Shown here: one piece after another, positions 15,571 to 17,406 of the stretch
Layout of the letters: every line of letters begins with the position of its first letter
Position numbering within the stretch: the first letter of the stretch is position 1
Origin: Candidatus Jordarchaeia archaeon
GTDB taxonomy: Archaea; Asgardarchaeota; Jordiarchaeia; Jordiarchaeales; Jordiarchaeaceae
Reading direction: 5' to 3'
Length of the DNA stretch: 17,406 bases
Assembly (NCBI GenBank): GCA_029856435.1
Contig: JAHQXB010000061.1
Location: 1 to 17,406, forward strand
Program-made: the position numbers and the translations under genes
Notes under the pieces: generated by a model
Seen by the model: only the letters and a program-made list of their open reading frames with translations
What the model was told of the DNA's origin: nothing
Databases searched by the model: none

Positions 15571-16986
15571 TTAAATTGGTGGTTTCTTGTCCTGCCAGGG
15601 CAAAACCTTTTCAAAAGCTCTGGATGCTTGAAGCACTCCTAGTTCATCAAAGCGGTTGCCCACAATTTGGAGACCCACTGGAAGCTTGTCCTTAGTGAAA
15701 CCGCAGGGAACCGAGGCTGCAGGTTGACCTGTAAAGTTAAAGGGATAGGTAAAAGCAATCCAGCTCACTGCGCCCACAGGTTTTCCCGCAATTTGGGAGG
15801 GCCCCATCCCCAACTCTAGATTAAAGGCCGGAACAGCGGTTGCGGGAGTCAAAAGGAAGTCATATTTTTCAAAAACTCTCCTGACCTTTTCCCAGAGCTC
15901 TTTCCTGCGATACTGTGTCTTAACGTAGTCGACAGCCTTCAAAGCGTCAGCCAGCCAGAGAAAGTCAAGGTACGGCTTATAGCATACATTCTTCCACTCC
16001 TCTAAACGATCTCCGTAGGCTGCAACTGTTTCTGCAACTACCTGATTCACTAAGTCTCCTTCCATGTTGGGAAAGTCCAGCTTAACCTCCTCCACACCAT
16101 AGCCGGCATCAGCAAAATCGAAAGCCGCCTTTCTAGTAATCTCTAGAACTTCTGGGTCAACCACGGCATATCCTAGGTCAGGGCTGTAGGCGAACTTCTT
16201 TTTCTTGACGCCTTTCTCCAAGTTTTCCAAGTAGCTCACACCAGGTGGGGGCAGTGAGAGATAATCCCTATTGTCGGGGCCAGCCATAACATCCATCATT
16301 AGGGCGGCGTCAGCCACATTTCGGGTAATAGGTCCTTCTGATGCCATTGTTTCCCAGCCTGGTAGAGCCGGCCAACGCGGAATGCGGCCAAGGGAAGGCT
16401 TCAAGCCGAAAACGCCGCAGAGGCTACAGGGAACCCTTATGCTTCCCCCTCCATCGTTGCCCACCGCAATGGGACACATACCCGTGGCCACAGCAGCTGC
16501 GGAGCCGCCACTGGAGCCGCCTGTGGTCTTTGTTCTATCCCAGGGATTCTTGGACGCTCCAAAAAGGGGGTTGTCCGTGATGGGAATTAAGCCGAACTCT
16601 GGAAGATTAGTTTTGCCTAGGATTATTGCCCCAGCGTTTTTTAGCCGCTCCACCAAAACCATGTCTTCCTGCGGAACATAATTCTCGTAGAGTTTGGAGC
16701 CGTATGTGGTGCGGACACCCTTAACTGGAATGTTGTCCTTTATGGCTACCGGTACACCGTGAAGTGGCCCCAGCTTCTTGCGGCTCTTTACCGCCTTCTC
16801 TGCGGCCTCAGCCTCCTTCCGGGCACTTTCCTCGGTTAGGGTGACAAAGGCGTTAATTTCTGGATTAATCTTTTTGATACGATTATAGAAAGCGTCTACA
16901 ACCTCAACTGGTGAAAGCTCTCCCTTCTTTATGGATTTGGCGAGTTCTATGGCACTCATCCAGATGATTTCCTTCTTTTTAGACAT
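15571..16986 (-). CDS. Amidase-signature (Ser-cisSer-Lys) family amidase, paralogue A
   Basis: VAIKDN, GGSSGGSAAAVA and GNDGGGSIRVP; GGAGG RBS at 16997-16993. Gap-free alignment to paralogue B with about 356/471 identities by manual count. Confidence 0.93.
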   Translation of the reverse strand: MSKKKEIIWMSAIELAKSIKKGELSPVEVVDAFYNRIKKINPEINAFVTLTEESARKEAEAAEKAVKSRKKLGPLHGVPVAIKDNIPVKGVRTTYGSKLYENYVPQEDMVLVERLKNAGAIILGKTNLPEFGLIPITDNPLFGASKNPWDRTKTTGGSSGGSAAAVATGMCPIAVGNDGGGSIRVPCSLCGVFGLKPSLGRIPRWPALPGWETMASEGPITRNVADAALMMDVMAGPDNRDYLSLPPPGVSYLENLEKGVKKKKFAYSPDLGYAVVDPEVLEITRKAAFDFADAGYGVEEVKLDFPNMEGDLVNQVVAETVAAYGDRLEEWKNVCYKPYLDFLWLADALKAVDYVKTQYRRKELWEKVRRVFEKYDFLLTPATAVPAFNLELGMGPSQIAGKPVGAVSWIAFTYPFNFTGQPAASVPCGFTKDKLPVGLQIVGNRFDELGVLQASRAFEKVLPWQDKKPPI

Positions 16987-17031
16987 GTGAATCCTCCTTT
17001 TTTGGATGATAGTATAGGAAGAGTTATTGAT

Positions 17032-17212
17032 GTGAACTACCCCGCCCTAACGGACGGGGCTTCCAGCGTTTAGAGTAGGCTTTACGCCCATCTCCTCATC
17101 TGCTGGTTCGGGGGGCTCAGGGCCCCCCATCCCATAGAGCTCGTTACCCTATGGGCTATATTTTTACACACGCATTCAGGTCTCTGTCGTATTTTCTGCA
17201 AGGGAACATTCC
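17032..17212 (-). ncRNA. Putative TnpB omega-RNA (reRNA) scaffold; guide would begin at 17031
   Basis: Stacked stems on the minus strand: CCCATAGGG/CTCTATGGG (17155-17131), GGGGGGC/GCCCCCC (17128-17110), CCAGC...GCTGG enclosing GGC-GTAAA-GCC, then the right-end hairpin. TnpB guide scaffolds are known to overlap the tnpB 3' end and the right end. Expression is not shown. Confidence 0.6.
17082..17208 (-). pseudogene. tnpB: 3' fragment of tnpB (end of Zn finger plus RuvC-III motif), frameshifted
   Basis: GAC AGA GAC CTG AAT GCG (17188-17171) encodes DRDLNA, matching the TnpB DRDxNAxxNI motif. It is preceded by C-S-L-(C)-R-K-Y (one base missing) and followed, after a slip in an A5 run, by NIAHRV...WA* ending at 17082. 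Confidence 0.8.
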
Positions 17213-17235
17213 AAAAACTTTTTAGATTGTAAGAG

Positions 17236-17250
17236 TTATTTAAGTTTAAC
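17236..17250 (-). promoter_or_regulatory. Element-internal BRE/TATA-like sequence (GTTAAAC-TTAAATAA)
   Basis: Sits just inside the left end and points toward the tnpB tail, the right end and the amidase A gene; predicted start near 17212. Confidence 0.45.
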
Positions 17251-17406
17251 CGAATTCATCCCCTCCCTTTCGGAAGGTGTCTTCTTGCGAAGTGTAGATA
17301 AAAATTGTGTTTGTTGACAGTCCACATCTTGAGTGGGGGCTTTTTGCCAGAGGTTTTGTAAGGATTAAGACTTTAAACTAATGAACCAGTCATGGCGACA
17401 TTTGCC

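Larger units (their letters stand above)
17032..17297 (-). mobile_element. Non-autonomous IS200/IS605-family mini-element (internally deleted tnpB element, 266 bp)
   Basis: On the minus strand the right end is GAAGCCCCGTCC-GTTA-GGGCGGGGTAGTTCAC (subterminal hairpin, TTCAC terminus). The left end follows TTTAT and carries the hairpin CCTTCC-GAAA-GGGAGG then GGATGAATTC. A tnpB tail lies between them; no tnpA. The left boundary is inferred. Confidence 0.88.

Noticed and set aside
12471-16681. Overlapping small ORFs within the amidase and M28 genes
   Set aside because: Antisense or alternate-frame shadows; their similarity to each other just reflects the amidase duplication.
12490-16986. Calling the amidases gatA
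   Set aside because: Two near-tandem paralogues, no gatB/gatC in the window, and DGGGSIRVP/DWGGSLRTP rather than the GatA-type DTGGSIRQP.
17381-17406. Possible plus-strand gene start at the right edge (ATG 17381 or 17392)
   Set aside because: Too little sequence to evaluate.
1-17406. CRISPR array, tRNA or rRNA genes
   Set aside because: No regularly spaced repeats, cloverleaf or rRNA-like sequence seen by eye; a covariance-model scan was not run.

Overview
Archaeal accessory/metabolic region. Evidence for archaea: TFE, BRE/TATA promoters, GGAGG/GAGGTGA ribosome-binding sites, a DPS-like protein and a thiolase-DUF35 pair; the finer lineage cannot be assigned from sequence alone. Left to right: a large secreted beta-rich protein running off the left edge (1..1638, minus, absent from the supplied ORF track); a thiolase-fold protein lacking the catalytic Cys plus its DUF35 partner; a probable C-terminal gene remnant; tfe; a divergent lipoate-ligase-family gene with an amidohydrolase; a Fur/PerR-like regulator divergent from a DPS-like gene, followed by a ZIP transporter; two tandem DUF998-like membrane proteins; a small helical unknown; and an amidase / atypical M28 / amidase cluster. 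The most notable feature is a 266-bp non-autonomous IS200/IS605 derivative (17032..17297, minus). It keeps both end hairpins, the last ~40 codons of tnpB and an omega-RNA-like scaffold, and appears to have inserted inside the TATA box of the amidase cluster promoter. All family calls are by-eye motif recognition; no database searches were run.
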